From contig CAWAPY010000014.1 of NCBI GenBank assembly GCA_963784055.1, positions 395,634 through 459,633 on the forward strand: a stretch of DNA of 64,000 nucleotides, given 5' to 3'. The translations under genes and the position numbers were made by a program. Below the pieces are notes generated by a model. That model had not been told where the DNA came from. It was given only the letters and a program-made list of their open reading frames with translations, and made no database searches. Source of the stretch: an uncultured Actinomycetota bacterium (GTDB taxonomy: Bacteria > Actinomycetota > UBA4738 > HRBIN12). Shown piece after piece: positions 1 through 9,491 of the stretch; the stretch's first letter is position 1; each line of letters begins with the position of its first letter.

Positions 1-723
1 CCGGGCAGTTCTCGCTCTTCGGCGGCGACTCGGACGTGGGCCAGATCGACGAGTCCGTCCTCGAGGGCGAGGAGTTCGACAAGCCGGAGCTCCTGCGCTT
101 CGAGAAGGAGATGCTCGGCTCGTTCGTCTCGGACCACCCGCTCCTCGAGGTCGCCGACGATCTCCGAGCGCAGAGCACCCACGAGATCGGCGATCTCGAG
201 GGGGCGGACGACGGTGAGCTGGTGACCGTCGCCGGGATCATCGGCGGCGTCTCCCGGAAGTACACGAAGCGGGGGGAGCCGTACGCGCAGTTCCGTCTCG
301 AGGGGCTCGCCGCCGGCGTCGACGTCGTGGCGTTCCCTTCCGTCTACGAGGCGGACCCGGACCTGATCGCCGCCGATCGGATCGTGCTGGTGGTCGGGCG
401 GATCGACCGGCGCGGCCGCGAGCTCCAGATCCGCGCGAACGACGTGCGCGAGCCCGATCCTCTCCGGGGCGGCGCCGTCGGCGGGCGGAGAGTCGGTCGT
501 GATCGACCTCACGGCGGCGGCGTGCACGGACGCGGTGCTGTCGAAGATGGCGGAGCTCCTCCGGTCCCGTCCCGGCTCGGCCCCGGTCCGCGTCCGGTTC
601 CATTCGACGGACGGCGTGCAGCCGCTGGACATGGGCGAGTTCCTCGTCGATCCGTCCGGACTGATGGGCGAGCTGGCCGGCCTGCTGGGCTCCGGCGCCG
701 CCCGCGTCGAACGCGTCACCTGA
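1..723 (+). CDS. dnaE: DNA polymerase III alpha subunit, C-terminal end (5' partial; one apparent frameshift near 440-500)
   Basis: Translation from nt 3 reads GQFSLFGGDSDVGQIDESVLEGEEFDKPELLRFEKEMLGSFVSDHPL...VTVAGIIGGVSRKYTKRGEPYAQFRLEGL, which is DnaE C-terminal/OB-fold-like. The sensible tail continues in the 499..723 frame (VIDLTAAACTD...GAARVERVT), so one indel is needed to join the two parts. Confidence 0.85.
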
Positions 724-795
724 GCCGTAGCCCTTCCTGGCCCGCGCCCGGCGCTCGACGCGCCTGAAGGCCCTCGGTGCCTCTATCGTGCTCGC

Positions 796-1507
796 GTGTT
801 CTTGGTGATACCCGCGATCGACGTCAAAGACGGAGCGCTCGCCCATCTGACGCCGACCGGACTGATGCGGATCGACGCGTTCGACGGCGACCCGGTCGCG
901 GCAGCGGCCGCGATGGTCGAGGCGGGCGCGACCCGGCTGCACGTCGTCGATATGGATCTCGCGTTCCACGGCGAGCCACGGAACCTCGACGTGCGTGTCG
1001 GCGATCGTCTCCCTCCGGGTCCAGGTGCAAGCAGGCGGAGGAGTTCGGACGGCCGACGAGGTCGATGCCCTCCTCTCCGTTGGCGTCTCTCGCGTCGTGC
1101 TCGGATCCGGGGCGCTCGCGGACGAGGTCATGGCACGGGAACTCCTGGGGGCGTACGGGCCGCGACTGATCGTCGGGATCGAGGTCGGTGACGGCGGCAC
1201 GATCCGATCACGGGGCCGTGACCCCGTCGACCTGCCGCTGATGGAGACGCTCGGATGGCTCTCCGTCGCCCGAGCTCCGATGTTCCTCGTCACTGCGGTG
1301 GCCAGGGTGGGGTCGTCGATGGGGCCTGACGTCGGAGCCGTGAAGCGGGTCGTGCGCGCCGGCCGCCCGGTCATCGCCGCGGGAGGGATCCACTCGGTCG
1401 ACGATCTCCGAGCCGTCCGGGCGGCCGGCGCGTCGGGTGCGGTGGTCGGGCGAGCCGTCCTCGAGGGCACCCTGGATCTCGCCGAAGCTCGCTCGGCCCT
1501 CGCCTGA
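796..1507 (+). CDS. hisA: HisA/PriA-family (beta-alpha)8 phosphoribosyl isomerase (one apparent frameshift near 985-1000)
   Basis: The N-terminus is LVIPAIDVKDGALAHL...RLHVVDMDLAFHGEPRNLDV (796 frame). It continues as SAIVSLRVQVQAGGGVRTADEVDALLSVGVSRVVLGSGAL...VIAAGGIHSVDDLRAV...GAVVGRAVLEG (995 frame). These are HisA/PriA hallmark motifs, and together the parts give about 237 aa. Confidence 0.8.
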
Positions 1508-1534
1508 GCGACCACGTCTAGACTCGCCGCCTTC

Positions 1535-2320
1535 ATGGGCTTCCTCACCGACCTGGTCGAACACCTGCGGCGCGACCTCCAGGAGCATCCGCTCGACGAT
1601 GCGACGCTGATGGCGCGCGCCTCGGCCATGCCTCCCACGAGGGACTTCCAGGGTGCGCTGAGGGGAGCCACGCCGCCCGCGCTGATCGCGGAGGTGAAGC
1701 GGGCCTCCCCGTCGGCCGGCGCGATCGCGAAGGACGCGAACGCGAGCGTCCTGGCCCGCGGCTACGAGGCGGGCGGCGCGGCGGCCGTGTCCGTCCTCAC
1801 CGAACCTCGTCATTTCCAGGGATCGCTCGCCGACCTACAGGCGGTCCGATCCTCCGTCTCGATCCCGGTCCTCCGCAAGGACTTCGTCGTTCACCCCGCG
1901 CAGGTCATCGAGTCGCGCGCATCGGGAGCGGACGCGGTCCTGCTGATCGTGGCCGTGCTCACGGATGCCGAGCTCCGGGCGCTCCTCGAGGCCGCGGACG
2001 ATCTCGGGCTCGGGACCCTCGTCGAGACGCATTCGGACGAGGAGCTCCAGCGCGCGCTCGCGACGGATGCGCAGGTGATCGGGGTGAACGCCCGCGATCT
2101 CGAAACGCTCGAGGTGGATGTCGAGGCGGCGCTCGCACGTCTCGAGCGCCTGCCGGCAGATCGCCTGGGCGTGCTCGAGAGCGGCGTCTCGACCCGCGGG
2201 CACGTGGACGCCGCGCTCGCCGCCGGGGCGTCTGCCATCCTGGTGGGGGAGACCCTGATGCGGGCGGAGGACCCTGCCCGTGCGGTGCGGAAGCTGCTCT
2301 GGAGGGAACTGCGCACATGA
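1535..2320 (+). CDS. trpC: indole-3-glycerol-phosphate synthase
   Basis: Intact 261-aa ORF. It carries [47 protein letters not shown] and the [12 protein letters not shown] motifs. Its stop overlaps the trpB start (ATGA at 2317-2320). Confidence 0.95.
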   Translation: MGFLTDLVEHLRRDLQEHPLDDATLMARASAMPPTRDFQGALRGATPPALIAEVKRASPSAGAIAKDANASVLARGYEAGGAAAVSVLTEPRHFQGSLADLQAVRSSVSIPVLRKDFVVHPAQVIESRASGADAVLLIVAVLTDAELRALLEAADDLGLGTLVETHSDEELQRALATDAQVIGVNARDLETLEVDVEAALARLERLPADRLGVLESGVSTRGHVDAALAAGASAILVGETLMRAEDPARAVRKLLWRELRT

Positions 2321-3510
2321 CGATCGCCACCACGCTCCCCGATGCGCGTGGCCGGTTCGGCACCTACGGCGGGCGGTACGTCCCCGAGGTGCTGATCCCC
2401 GCGCTGGATGAGCTCGCCGAGGCATGGGCGGAGCTCCGCGATGACGCCGGCTTCCGGGCGGAGCTCTCGATGCTGTCGGAAACCTTCGTCGGCCGTCCCA
2501 CACCGATCACGCGAGCGGATCGCCTGTCCGCACAGCTCGGCTACGAGATCTGGCTGAAGCGCGAGGACCTCGCGCACACCGGCGCGCACAAGATCAACAA
2601 CGCCCTCGGGCAGGCGTTGCTCGCGAAGCGGCTCGGGAAGGAGCGGATCATCGCCGAGACCGGCGCCGGGATGCACGGCGTCGCGACCGCGACCGCGTGC
2701 GCCCTGCTCGGGCTCCCGTGCGTCGTGTACATGGGAGAGGAGGACACCCACCGACAGGCGCCGAACGTGTCGCGGATGCAGCTCCTCGGCGCCGAGGTGG
2801 TCCCGGTGACGGCGGGCTCGAAGACGCTCAAGGAAGCCGTGAACGAGGCGCTCCGGGACTGGGCCGCGTCGGTCCGGACGACCCACTACATCATCGGCTC
2901 CGTGGTGGGGCCGCACCCCTTCCCGGTGCTCGTCCGCGATCTCCAGCGCGTCATCGGCGACGAGGCGCGCCCCCAGTTCAGCGACGCGACCGGGGGCGCC
3001 GACCCCGACGTGGTCGCGGCCTGCGTCGGCGGCGGCAGCAACGCGATCGGGATGTTCACCGCGTTCGTGGGCGCCCCGGGGATCCGGCTTATCGGCGTGG
3101 AGGCCGGCGGTCGTGGCTCCGGATTGGGCGAGCACTGCTCGTCGCTAACGCAGGGACAACCCGGGATCCTCCACGGCGCGATGAGCTATCTGCTGCAGGA
3201 CGATGAGGGTCAGGTCGCGCTGACCCACTCGATCTCGGCCGGACTCGACTACCCGGGCGTGGGACCGGAGCACGCCTACCTGCGCGACGCCGGACTCGCC
3301 GAGTACGTGAGCGCCTCCGACGACGACGCGCTCGAGGGGTTCCAGGCGCTGTCCAGGAGCGAAGGCATCATCCCGGCGCTCGAGCCGGCGCACGTGATCG
3401 GGTGGCTGCTCCACCGACCATTGGAGCCGGGAACGTCGATCCTCGTGTGCCTTTCCGGGCGGGGCGACAAGGACCTCGACACGGTGCGCGCGAGCCTCGG
3501 GATCTCCTAG
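2317..3510 (+). CDS. trpB: tryptophan synthase beta chain
   Basis: Intact 397-aa ORF. It carries [48 protein letters not shown] (the PLP lysine context), [11 protein letters not shown] and [10 protein letters not shown]. Confidence 0.97.
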   Translation: MTIATTLPDARGRFGTYGGRYVPEVLIPALDELAEAWAELRDDAGFRAELSMLSETFVGRPTPITRADRLSAQLGYEIWLKREDLAHTGAHKINNALGQALLAKRLGKERIIAETGAGMHGVATATACALLGLPCVVYMGEEDTHRQAPNVSRMQLLGAEVVPVTAGSKTLKEAVNEALRDWAASVRTTHYIIGSVVGPHPFPVLVRDLQRVIGDEARPQFSDATGGADPDVVAACVGGGSNAIGMFTAFVGAPGIRLIGVEAGGRGSGLGEHCSSLTQGQPGILHGAMSYLLQDDEGQVALTHSISAGLDYPGVGPEHAYLRDAGLAEYVSASDDDALEGFQALSRSEGIIPALEPAHVIGWLLHRPLEPGTSILVCLSGRGDKDLDTVRASLGIS

Positions 3511-4281
3511 ATGGGCCGGCTCGAGGACGCCCTGCGTGCCCGGCGCGACGCCGGAGGACGCGCGTTCGTGCCGTACGTCACGGGCGGGTATCCCGGCGTG
3601 GACGCCGGCCTCCTCCGCCGGCTGGCGACCGCGGGAGCGGATGCGATCGAGGTCGGCATCCCGTTCTCCGATCCCGTGATGGACGGCGGCGTGATCCAGG
3701 AGGCCTCGGCGGAGGCCCTGCGTGCCGGTGTCCGGCTCGGCGACGTCCTCGACACGATCCGCGAGGCCGCGATCGAGGTGCCCGTCGCCGTGATGACGTA
3801 CGTGAACCCGGTGGTCCGGCATGGGGTCGCGTCCTTCCTCGATGGGGCCGTCGCCGCCGGGGTGGCCGGCGTGATCGTTCCGGACCTCCCCGTCGACGAG
3901 TCGGACGAGCTCGAACGGGAAGCGACCGCTCGCGGGGTCGACGCGGTGCTCCTGGCGGCGCCCGGAACCCGCGGGGAGCGGCTGGCGGAGATCGGACGAA
4001 GGTCGCGTGGCTTCGTCTACTGCGTGGCCACCTACGGGGTGACCGGGGCACGGGACCGCGTGGAGGACACGGCCGGGGCCATCGTCGCCGCCCTCCGCCC
4101 GCTCACGGACCTCCCGCTGCTCTTGGGCGTGGGGATCGGAACGCCCGCACAGGCGGCGGAGGCCTCTGCCTTCGCGGACGGGGTGGTGGTGGGGAGCGCC
4201 CTGATGAGCAGGGTCGTCGGCGGGGACGTGGAAGGGGCCGTCCAGCTGGCGGCGGAGTTCCGTCGGGCGATCCCCGCCTGA
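3511..4281 (+). CDS. trpA: tryptophan synthase alpha chain
   Basis: Intact 256-aa ORF that starts directly after the trpB stop. It carries FVPYVTGGYPG, GADAIEVGIPFSDPVMDGGVIQ, VMTYVNPV, GVIVPDLP and GFVYCVATYGVTG. Confidence 0.95.
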   Translation: MGRLEDALRARRDAGGRAFVPYVTGGYPGVDAGLLRRLATAGADAIEVGIPFSDPVMDGGVIQEASAEALRAGVRLGDVLDTIREAAIEVPVAVMTYVNPVVRHGVASFLDGAVAAGVAGVIVPDLPVDESDELEREATARGVDAVLLAAPGTRGERLAEIGRRSRGFVYCVATYGVTGARDRVEDTAGAIVAALRPLTDLPLLLGVGIGTPAQAAEASAFADGVVVGSALMSRVVGGDVEGAVQLAAEFRRAIPA

Positions 4282-4352
4282 GGCATCTCCGTCTCGCCGC
4301 CCCGACGTATGCCATTGCGAAACGGCAGCGGCGATTGGCCAACCGTGGCCGC

Positions 4353-4369
4353 GATGTGATAGTCACATC
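4353..4369. promoter_or_regulatory. candidate operator: inverted repeat GATGTGA-tag-TCACATC upstream of the LIV operon
   Basis: Perfect 7-bp arms with a 3-nt centre, in a locally AT-richer intergenic stretch 34 nt upstream of the ATG at 4403. No protein partner can be assigned. Confidence 0.25.
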
Positions 4370-4402
4370 CAATCTCGGGAAACCGAGGAGAAGGGGGGCT
4401 TC

Positions 4403-5719
4403 ATGAAGCACCGCATATGGTTCAAAGCGCTCGCCCTGATGGCAGTGCTCACGATCGTTGCGTCGGCGTGTGCCGACGACGACGGTGGCGATGGAGGCCC
4501 GGCCGGCGGCGACGTCGACTGTGCGACCGTCGAGTTCGGATGTGTCGAGGTAGGTGCGGACGAGCCGATCAACCTGGGTGCCGCACAGGTGATCAGCGGG
4601 GCGGACGCCTCGCTCGGTCAGGACCAGGTGAACGCGCTCAATCTCGCGATCGACTATCTCGACGAGTCGTTCGACCAGACGCCGGGCACGCTGCTCGACC
4701 ACCCGGTCGAGCTGACGGTCGAGGACGAGCTGTGCTCGGCCGAGGGCGGTCAGACGGCGGGCACGGCGCTCGCTGCGGACACGTCGATCGTCGCGGTGGT
4801 CGGGACGAGCTGCTCGAGCGCGGCGCTCGGCGTCGCGGACACGATCCTCGGCGACAAGGGCATCACGCTCATCTCGGGCTCGAACACGAGCCCGGCGCTG
4901 ACCGATCCCGAGCTGCACAACCCGTTCTACGCCCGGACCGCTCACAACGACCGGATCCAGGGTGCGATCGGTGCCGAGTTCGCGCTGGGCGAAGACCTCG
5001 GCGCCACCACGGCGGCGACGATCGCAGACGAGAGCCCCTACACGCAGGGACTCGTCGGTGCCTTCGAGGCGAACTTCGAGGCCGGGGGCGGCACCTTGAC
5101 CGGGTCGGAGCAGGTCAACTCCGAGGACACCGACTTCAAGCCGGTCCTCAGGTCGTTGGCCGAGCAGGATCCGGACGTCCTGTACTTCCCGATCTTCGTG
5201 GCAGCGTGCACGCTGATCATCAGGCAGGCGCAGGACATCATGCCCGACGCCGAGCTGATCGTGGCTGACGGTTGCCTGTCGAGCGACACCCTGAAGAACG
5301 CGGGAGCTGCCGCGGATGGCGTCTGGGCATCCTCGCCGGACCTGTCGGCGTTCCAGACGAACGAGTTCTACTCGGGCGAGTTCATCCCCGCCTATCAGGA
5401 GGCGTTCGGAACGGAACCGCTCGCGGTGTTCCACGCGCACTCCTTCGACGCCGCGAACGTCGTGTTCGCAGCGATCGAGGAGGTCGCGATCGACAACGGC
5501 GACGGGTCGCTCTCGATCCCTCGCCAGGCACTGCGTGACGCGATCTTCGCCACGAACGGCTACGAGGGCGTCACGGGCGCGATCACGTGCCTCGATACGG
5601 GAGACTGCGCGACGGACGTCACGATCGGTCTGTTCCTGGCTCCCGGCTGGCCGGTCGAGGGCGGCACGGACGATCCTGCCGTGTACACCGACACCAAGTC
5701 GCTGGACGAAGTCCTCTAG
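4403..5719 (+). CDS. branched-chain amino-acid ABC transporter substrate-binding lipoprotein (LivJ/LivK-like)
   Basis: Intact 438-aa ORF with an AAGGGGGG RBS. The lipoprotein signal is MKHRIWFKALALMAVLTIVASAC. The body looks like a type-1 periplasmic-binding fold (VVGTSCSSAA, ITLISGSNTSPALT) and is followed by livHMGF. Confidence 0.9.
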   Translation: MKHRIWFKALALMAVLTIVASACADDDGGDGGPAGGDVDCATVEFGCVEVGADEPINLGAAQVISGADASLGQDQVNALNLAIDYLDESFDQTPGTLLDHPVELTVEDELCSAEGGQTAGTALAADTSIVAVVGTSCSSAALGVADTILGDKGITLISGSNTSPALTDPELHNPFYARTAHNDRIQGAIGAEFALGEDLGATTAATIADESPYTQGLVGAFEANFEAGGGTLTGSEQVNSEDTDFKPVLRSLAEQDPDVLYFPIFVAACTLIIRQAQDIMPDAELIVADGCLSSDTLKNAGAAADGVWASSPDLSAFQTNEFYSGEFIPAYQEAFGTEPLAVFHAHSFDAANVVFAAIEEVAIDNGDGSLSIPRQALRDAIFATNGYEGVTGAITCLDTGDCATDVTIGLFLAPGWPVEGGTDDPAVYTDTKSLDEVL

Positions 5720-5739
5720 CGATCAACGAACCACGGCGG

Positions 5740-5780
5740 AGGGGCCGCGGGCCGAGCCGAGAGGCTCGCCCGTGGCCCCT
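5740..5780 (+). terminator. strong GC-rich stem-loop between the binding-protein gene and livH (attenuator/terminator-like; no U-tract)
   Basis: AGGGGCCGCGGGCCGAGCC-gaga-GGCTCGCCCGTGGCCCCT forms about 19 bp, with one G-U pair and one bulge. It starts 21 nt after the stop at 5719. Confidence 0.35.
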
Positions 5781-5824
5781 TCCCTGAGAGGGGGGAAACC
5801 CTGGCGGGCACCGAGGCCCCGCAC

Positions 5825-6904
5825 GTGGCGGTCGCTCAGCTCGGCCGCTTCGAGCGACTGCCGTGGCGGCGCATCATCCTCGTCGTCCTGGCGATCGTCG
5901 TCGGCGGCGTGGTCGTCCTCGGCACGTGGCGCACCCTCGGACTCGACCGGGCCGAGGGCGGATACTCGGCCGGCGCGTGGCGCGACTTCATCGTGCAAGG
6001 GGCGGCGCAGGGCGCGATCTTCGCGATGATCGCGCTCGGCTACAGCCTCGTCTACGGGATCCTCCGGATGATCAACTTCGCCCACGGCGAAGTCTTCATG
6101 GCCGGTGCCTTCGGATCGTTCTTCTTCGCCGACGCCTACGCCAAGAGCGGCTTCCTGAACCGGAGCCCCCTGATCGCGCTGGCCATCGTGACCATCGTCG
6201 CCGTGGGCATCTCCGTGGGGACGGCGGTCCTGCTGGAGCGGCTCGCGTACCGTCCCCTCCGGAACGCGCCACGACTCGTCCCCCTTATCACCGCGATCGG
6301 TGCCTCGCTCTTCCTGCAGAACGCGTTCCGCGGGTTCTTCGGCCCGCAGCCGTACGGCTACCCCAAGCCAACCGTGCTGGCCGGCAACGTCACGGTCCTG
6401 GGGGTGCCGGTCCAACGCACGCAGCTGCTCGTGCTCGTCGTCGCGCTGATCTGCATGATCGCCCTGCAATGGTTCGTGGCGACGACGCGGACCGGGCGGT
6501 CGATGCGCGCGGTCGCCCAGGATCGGGAGATCGCCAGTCTGATGGGCATCAACGTGGACCGCGTGATCGTCGTCACGTTCGCGATCGGTGGAGTCCTGGC
6601 GGGGATCGCCGGCGTGCTGTTCTCGCTCACCTTCGAGCAGGTGCAATTCACGATGGGCTTCCGGCCGGGGATCGCGGCGTTCACCGCCGCCGTCCTCGGG
6701 GGCATCGGCAGCATCGGCGGCGCTGCCCTCGGCGGGTTCGTGATCGGCTTGCTCCAGGCTGTCGGACCGCCCTTGATCCTCACGGGGTTCGGGATCCCGA
6801 GCGTGTTCTCGTTGCGGGACGCGTTCGTGTTCCTCGTCCTCGTCCTCGTCCTGGTGTTCCGCCCGGGAGGTCTGCTCGGCACCGGCGAGGCGGAGAAGGT
6901 GTGA
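5825..6904 (+). CDS. livH: branched-chain amino-acid ABC transporter permease
   Basis: Intact 359-aa ORF. It carries GAAQGAIFAMIALGYSLVYGILRMINFAHGEVFM and MRAVAQDREIASLMGINVDRV (LivH signatures) and has multiple TM segments. Confidence 0.9.
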   Translation: MAVAQLGRFERLPWRRIILVVLAIVVGGVVVLGTWRTLGLDRAEGGYSAGAWRDFIVQGAAQGAIFAMIALGYSLVYGILRMINFAHGEVFMAGAFGSFFFADAYAKSGFLNRSPLIALAIVTIVAVGISVGTAVLLERLAYRPLRNAPRLVPLITAIGASLFLQNAFRGFFGPQPYGYPKPTVLAGNVTVLGVPVQRTQLLVLVVALICMIALQWFVATTRTGRSMRAVAQDREIASLMGINVDRVIVVTFAIGGVLAGIAGVLFSLTFEQVQFTMGFRPGIAAFTAAVLGGIGSIGGAALGGFVIGLLQAVGPPLILTGFGIPSVFSLRDAFVFLVLVLVLVFRPGGLLGTGEAEKV

Positions 6905-8685
6905 TGGCGGCGCGACGCTGGGCTCGCACCGGGGCGCTCGCCGGCATCGTCACGATCTTCCTCGCCCTCGTCGGCCTGATCGGGGGCTTCACCGACGTGT
7001 TCCTGATCGGCGACGAGATCACCTTCGCCGGCGTGATGTTGCTCCTTCCCGCGTTCATCGCGGGGTTCGTGGCCGCCGCGCCCCGGATCGAGGGCGGCGA
7101 GCGACGCGAGATGCCGCTGGGGGAGGCGGCCGCCGCGGCGGCCGTCGCCGCGGCGTCCGCCGGCGTCGTGTTCGCCCTCGCGGTGCTCTTCGTGGACCTC
7201 ATCGGGGACCAGCGCATCCGTCCGATCTTCCTGAACGTGTCGCCGAGCCTGATGGAGTTCGTCGCCTTCGGGCAGTCGACGGTGGTCGGCGCCGTGATCC
7301 TCGTCGCCCTCTCGACCCTGGCGGGTGTGGTCGGTGGCCTCCTCCGCGTGGCCCCGCCGGTCGTCCGCCGCTCGGTCACCGCGGCCGTGATGGTGACGCT
7401 CCTGTTCGGTTTCCTCCAGCGGGTGATCCCGATCGCGCTCGACCAGCTGTCGCTGGAGCGCGACTGGCTGTACCACCCGATCCACGACGGACTGACCTGG
7501 GCGGGCGCCGCCGTCGTGGCCGCCGTCAGCGCGGGTGTGAGCCTCCTGAACGCGCGGTACGGCGGGCGTGTGCGCGGGAGCCTCTCGTCGGGCATCGGCG
7601 GTCGGAGCGGGCCGGCGATGAGCCCGGTCCGGCTGATCGCGAGCGTGGCCGCCGTCGCCCTCCTGATCGCCGCCCCGCTCCTGCTCGGATCGGTGATCTC
7701 CGAGGTCCTCGGGACGGTGATGGTGTTCGCGCTCCTGGGGATCGGCCTGAACATCGTCGTCGGGTACGCGGGCCTGCTGGACCTCGGGTACGTGTTCTTC
7801 TTCGCGCTCGGCGCCTACTCCCTCGCGCTGCTCACCGGCGCGACCCTGAACGCCTACGGGATCTCGCCCGAGCCTGCGATCTCGGGCGACCTGAACTTCT
7901 ACGTGGCGATCCCGATCGTGATGCTGATCGCGGCGGCGGCAGGGGTGCTCGTCGGCGCCCCGGTGCTCCGGCTGCGGGGGGACTACCTGGCGCTGGTGAC
8001 ACTGGGCCTGGGCGAGATGGTGACCGTGCTCGTAGGGAGCCCCTGGCTCGTCCCGCTCGTGGGTGGCCCGAGCGGGATGCGCGGGATCACGGATGCCGCG
8101 ATCGGGGGACTGGCGTTCCGCGACCCCCAGCGCTTCTACTACCTCGCCCTCGCGTTCGTCGCGCTCGCCGCGTTCCTGTCGTGGCGACTGGCGACCTCGC
8201 GGATCGGGCGGGCATGGACGGCGATGCGCGAGGACGAGCAGACCGCCGACGCGATGGGGATCAGCACGACCCGCTTCAAGCTGCTCGCGTTCGCGATCGG
8301 CGGCGCGATCGGCTCGCTCGGTGGAGCCCTCTTCGCCGTGAAGATCGGGTCGCTGACACCGGCGAGCTTCCAGGTGATCGTGTCGATCCAGGTGCTGGGC
8401 CTGGTGATCCTGGGCGGTCTGGGGAGCATCCCCGGCGTGCTCGTCGGCGCGCTCGTGCTGGTGGGTCTGCCGGGACTGCTGCGGGAGTTCGAGGAGTACC
8501 GCTTCCTCGCGTATGGTGCCGCCGTCGTTGCCGTGATGGTCTTGCGGCCGCAGGGCCTGGTCCCGAACGTGCGCCGGAGCCGGGAGCTCCAGGACGAGGA
8601 ACGCGCCCAGGACGAATGGGCGAAAGCGGTGGAGGAAGGGGAGACCCCCGGCGAGCTCGGCCCCGCGGCGGAGGTGACGACGTGA
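6904..8685 (+). CDS. livM: branched-chain amino-acid ABC transporter permease with a ~250-aa N-terminal membrane extension
   Basis: The ATG at 6904 overlaps the livH stop (GTGATG). The C-terminal half carries LNIVVGYAGLLDLGYVFFFALGAYS and MREDEQTADAMGISTTRFKLLAFAIGGAIGSLGGALF (LivM signatures). The N-terminal half is hydrophobic and unrecognised. Confidence 0.88.
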   Translation: MAARRWARTGALAGIVTIFLALVGLIGGFTDVFLIGDEITFAGVMLLLPAFIAGFVAAAPRIEGGERREMPLGEAAAAAAVAAASAGVVFALAVLFVDLIGDQRIRPIFLNVSPSLMEFVAFGQSTVVGAVILVALSTLAGVVGGLLRVAPPVVRRSVTAAVMVTLLFGFLQRVIPIALDQLSLERDWLYHPIHDGLTWAGAAVVAAVSAGVSLLNARYGGRVRGSLSSGIGGRSGPAMSPVRLIASVAAVALLIAAPLLLGSVISEVLGTVMVFALLGIGLNIVVGYAGLLDLGYVFFFALGAYSLALLTGATLNAYGISPEPAISGDLNFYVAIPIVMLIAAAAGVLVGAPVLRLRGDYLALVTLGLGEMVTVLVGSPWLVPLVGGPSGMRGITDAAIGGLAFRDPQRFYYLALAFVALAAFLSWRLATSRIGRAWTAMREDEQTADAMGISTTRFKLLAFAIGGAIGSLGGALFAVKIGSLTPASFQVIVSIQVLGLVILGGLGSIPGVLVGALVLVGLPGLLREFEEYRFLAYGAAVVAVMVLRPQGLVPNVRRSRELQDEERAQDEWAKAVEEGETPGELGPAAEVTT

Positions 8686-9491
8686 GCGAGGCGGTCCGGC
8701 CCCGGAGCCCGGAGGCCGTGATGGAGGTCCGCGGTCTCGAGAAGCACTTCGGAGGCCTCTACGCGCTCTCCGGCCTGGACATGGAGGTGCGCCGCGGCGA
8801 GATCGTGTCCGTGATCGGACCCAACGGCGCCGGGAAGAGCACACTCTTCAACGTGATCACCGGCATCTACGAGCCCGATGCCGGCGACATCCTGTACCAG
8901 GGCTCGAGCATCGTGGGGCTGCGGCCCCATCAGGTCGTGAAGCTCGGGATCGCGAGGACGTTCCAGAACGTCCGGCTCTTCGCGAACATGACGATCCTCG
9001 AGAACGCGATGGTGGGCCAGCACTGCCGGAGCAAGGGCGGCGTCTTCGGATCGATCGTCCGCACACCCGGGATCCGCGCGGAGGAGGCGCGGATCCGGCA
9101 GCGCGCCGAGGAGGCCCTCGCGTTCTTCGGCAAGCGCCTGTCCGGGTACCGCCTGGAGCAACCCGCGTTCTCCCTCTCCTACGCGAATCGACGCCGGCTG
9201 GAGATGGCCCGGGCGATGGCGACCGACCCCCAGGTGCTGCTCCTGGACGAGCCCACGGCAGGCATGAACCCACGGGAGACGCTCGAGCTCCGCGATCACA
9301 TCGTGCGCATGCGCGACGAGCTCGGGCTCACGGTGATCGTGATCGAGCACGACATGCGGGTCGTCAAAGGCGTGTCGGACCGCGTGGTGGCCTGCGACTA
9401 CGGGGAGAAGATCGCGGAAGGGACCTACGAGGAGGTCGCGAACGACGAACGCGTGATCGAGGCGTACCTGGGCACGAAGGCGGCGGGATGA
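8682..9491 (+). CDS. livG: branched-chain amino-acid ABC transporter ATP-binding protein
   Basis: The GTG at 8682 overlaps the livM stop (GTGA). It carries LEKHFGGLYALSGLDMEVRRGEIVSVIGPNGAGKSTLFNVITG (Walker A), LSYANRRRLEMARAMATDPQVLLLDEPTAGMNP and EAYLG. An alternative start is the ATG at 8721. Confidence 0.9.
   Translation: MSEAVRPRSPEAVMEVRGLEKHFGGLYALSGLDMEVRRGEIVSVIGPNGAGKSTLFNVITGIYEPDAGDILYQGSSIVGLRPHQVVKLGIARTFQNVRLFANMTILENAMVGQHCRSKGGVFGSIVRTPGIRAEEARIRQRAEEALAFFGKRLSGYRLEQPAFSLSYANRRRLEMARAMATDPQVLLLDEPTAGMNPRETLELRDHIVRMRDELGLTVIVIEHDMRVVKGVSDRVVACDYGEKIAEGTYEEVANDERVIEAYLGTKAAG

Noticed and set aside
238-1671. Very long Arg/Pro/Ala-rich ORFs antisense to, or out of frame with, recognised genes throughout the window (for example 238..1671, 1891..3135, 6358..8844, 13970..16642, 26845..29298, 49229..51439).
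   Set aside because: These are typical stop-codon-poor shadow frames of high-GC DNA. Each overlaps a gene with clear family motifs, and their composition is not protein-like.
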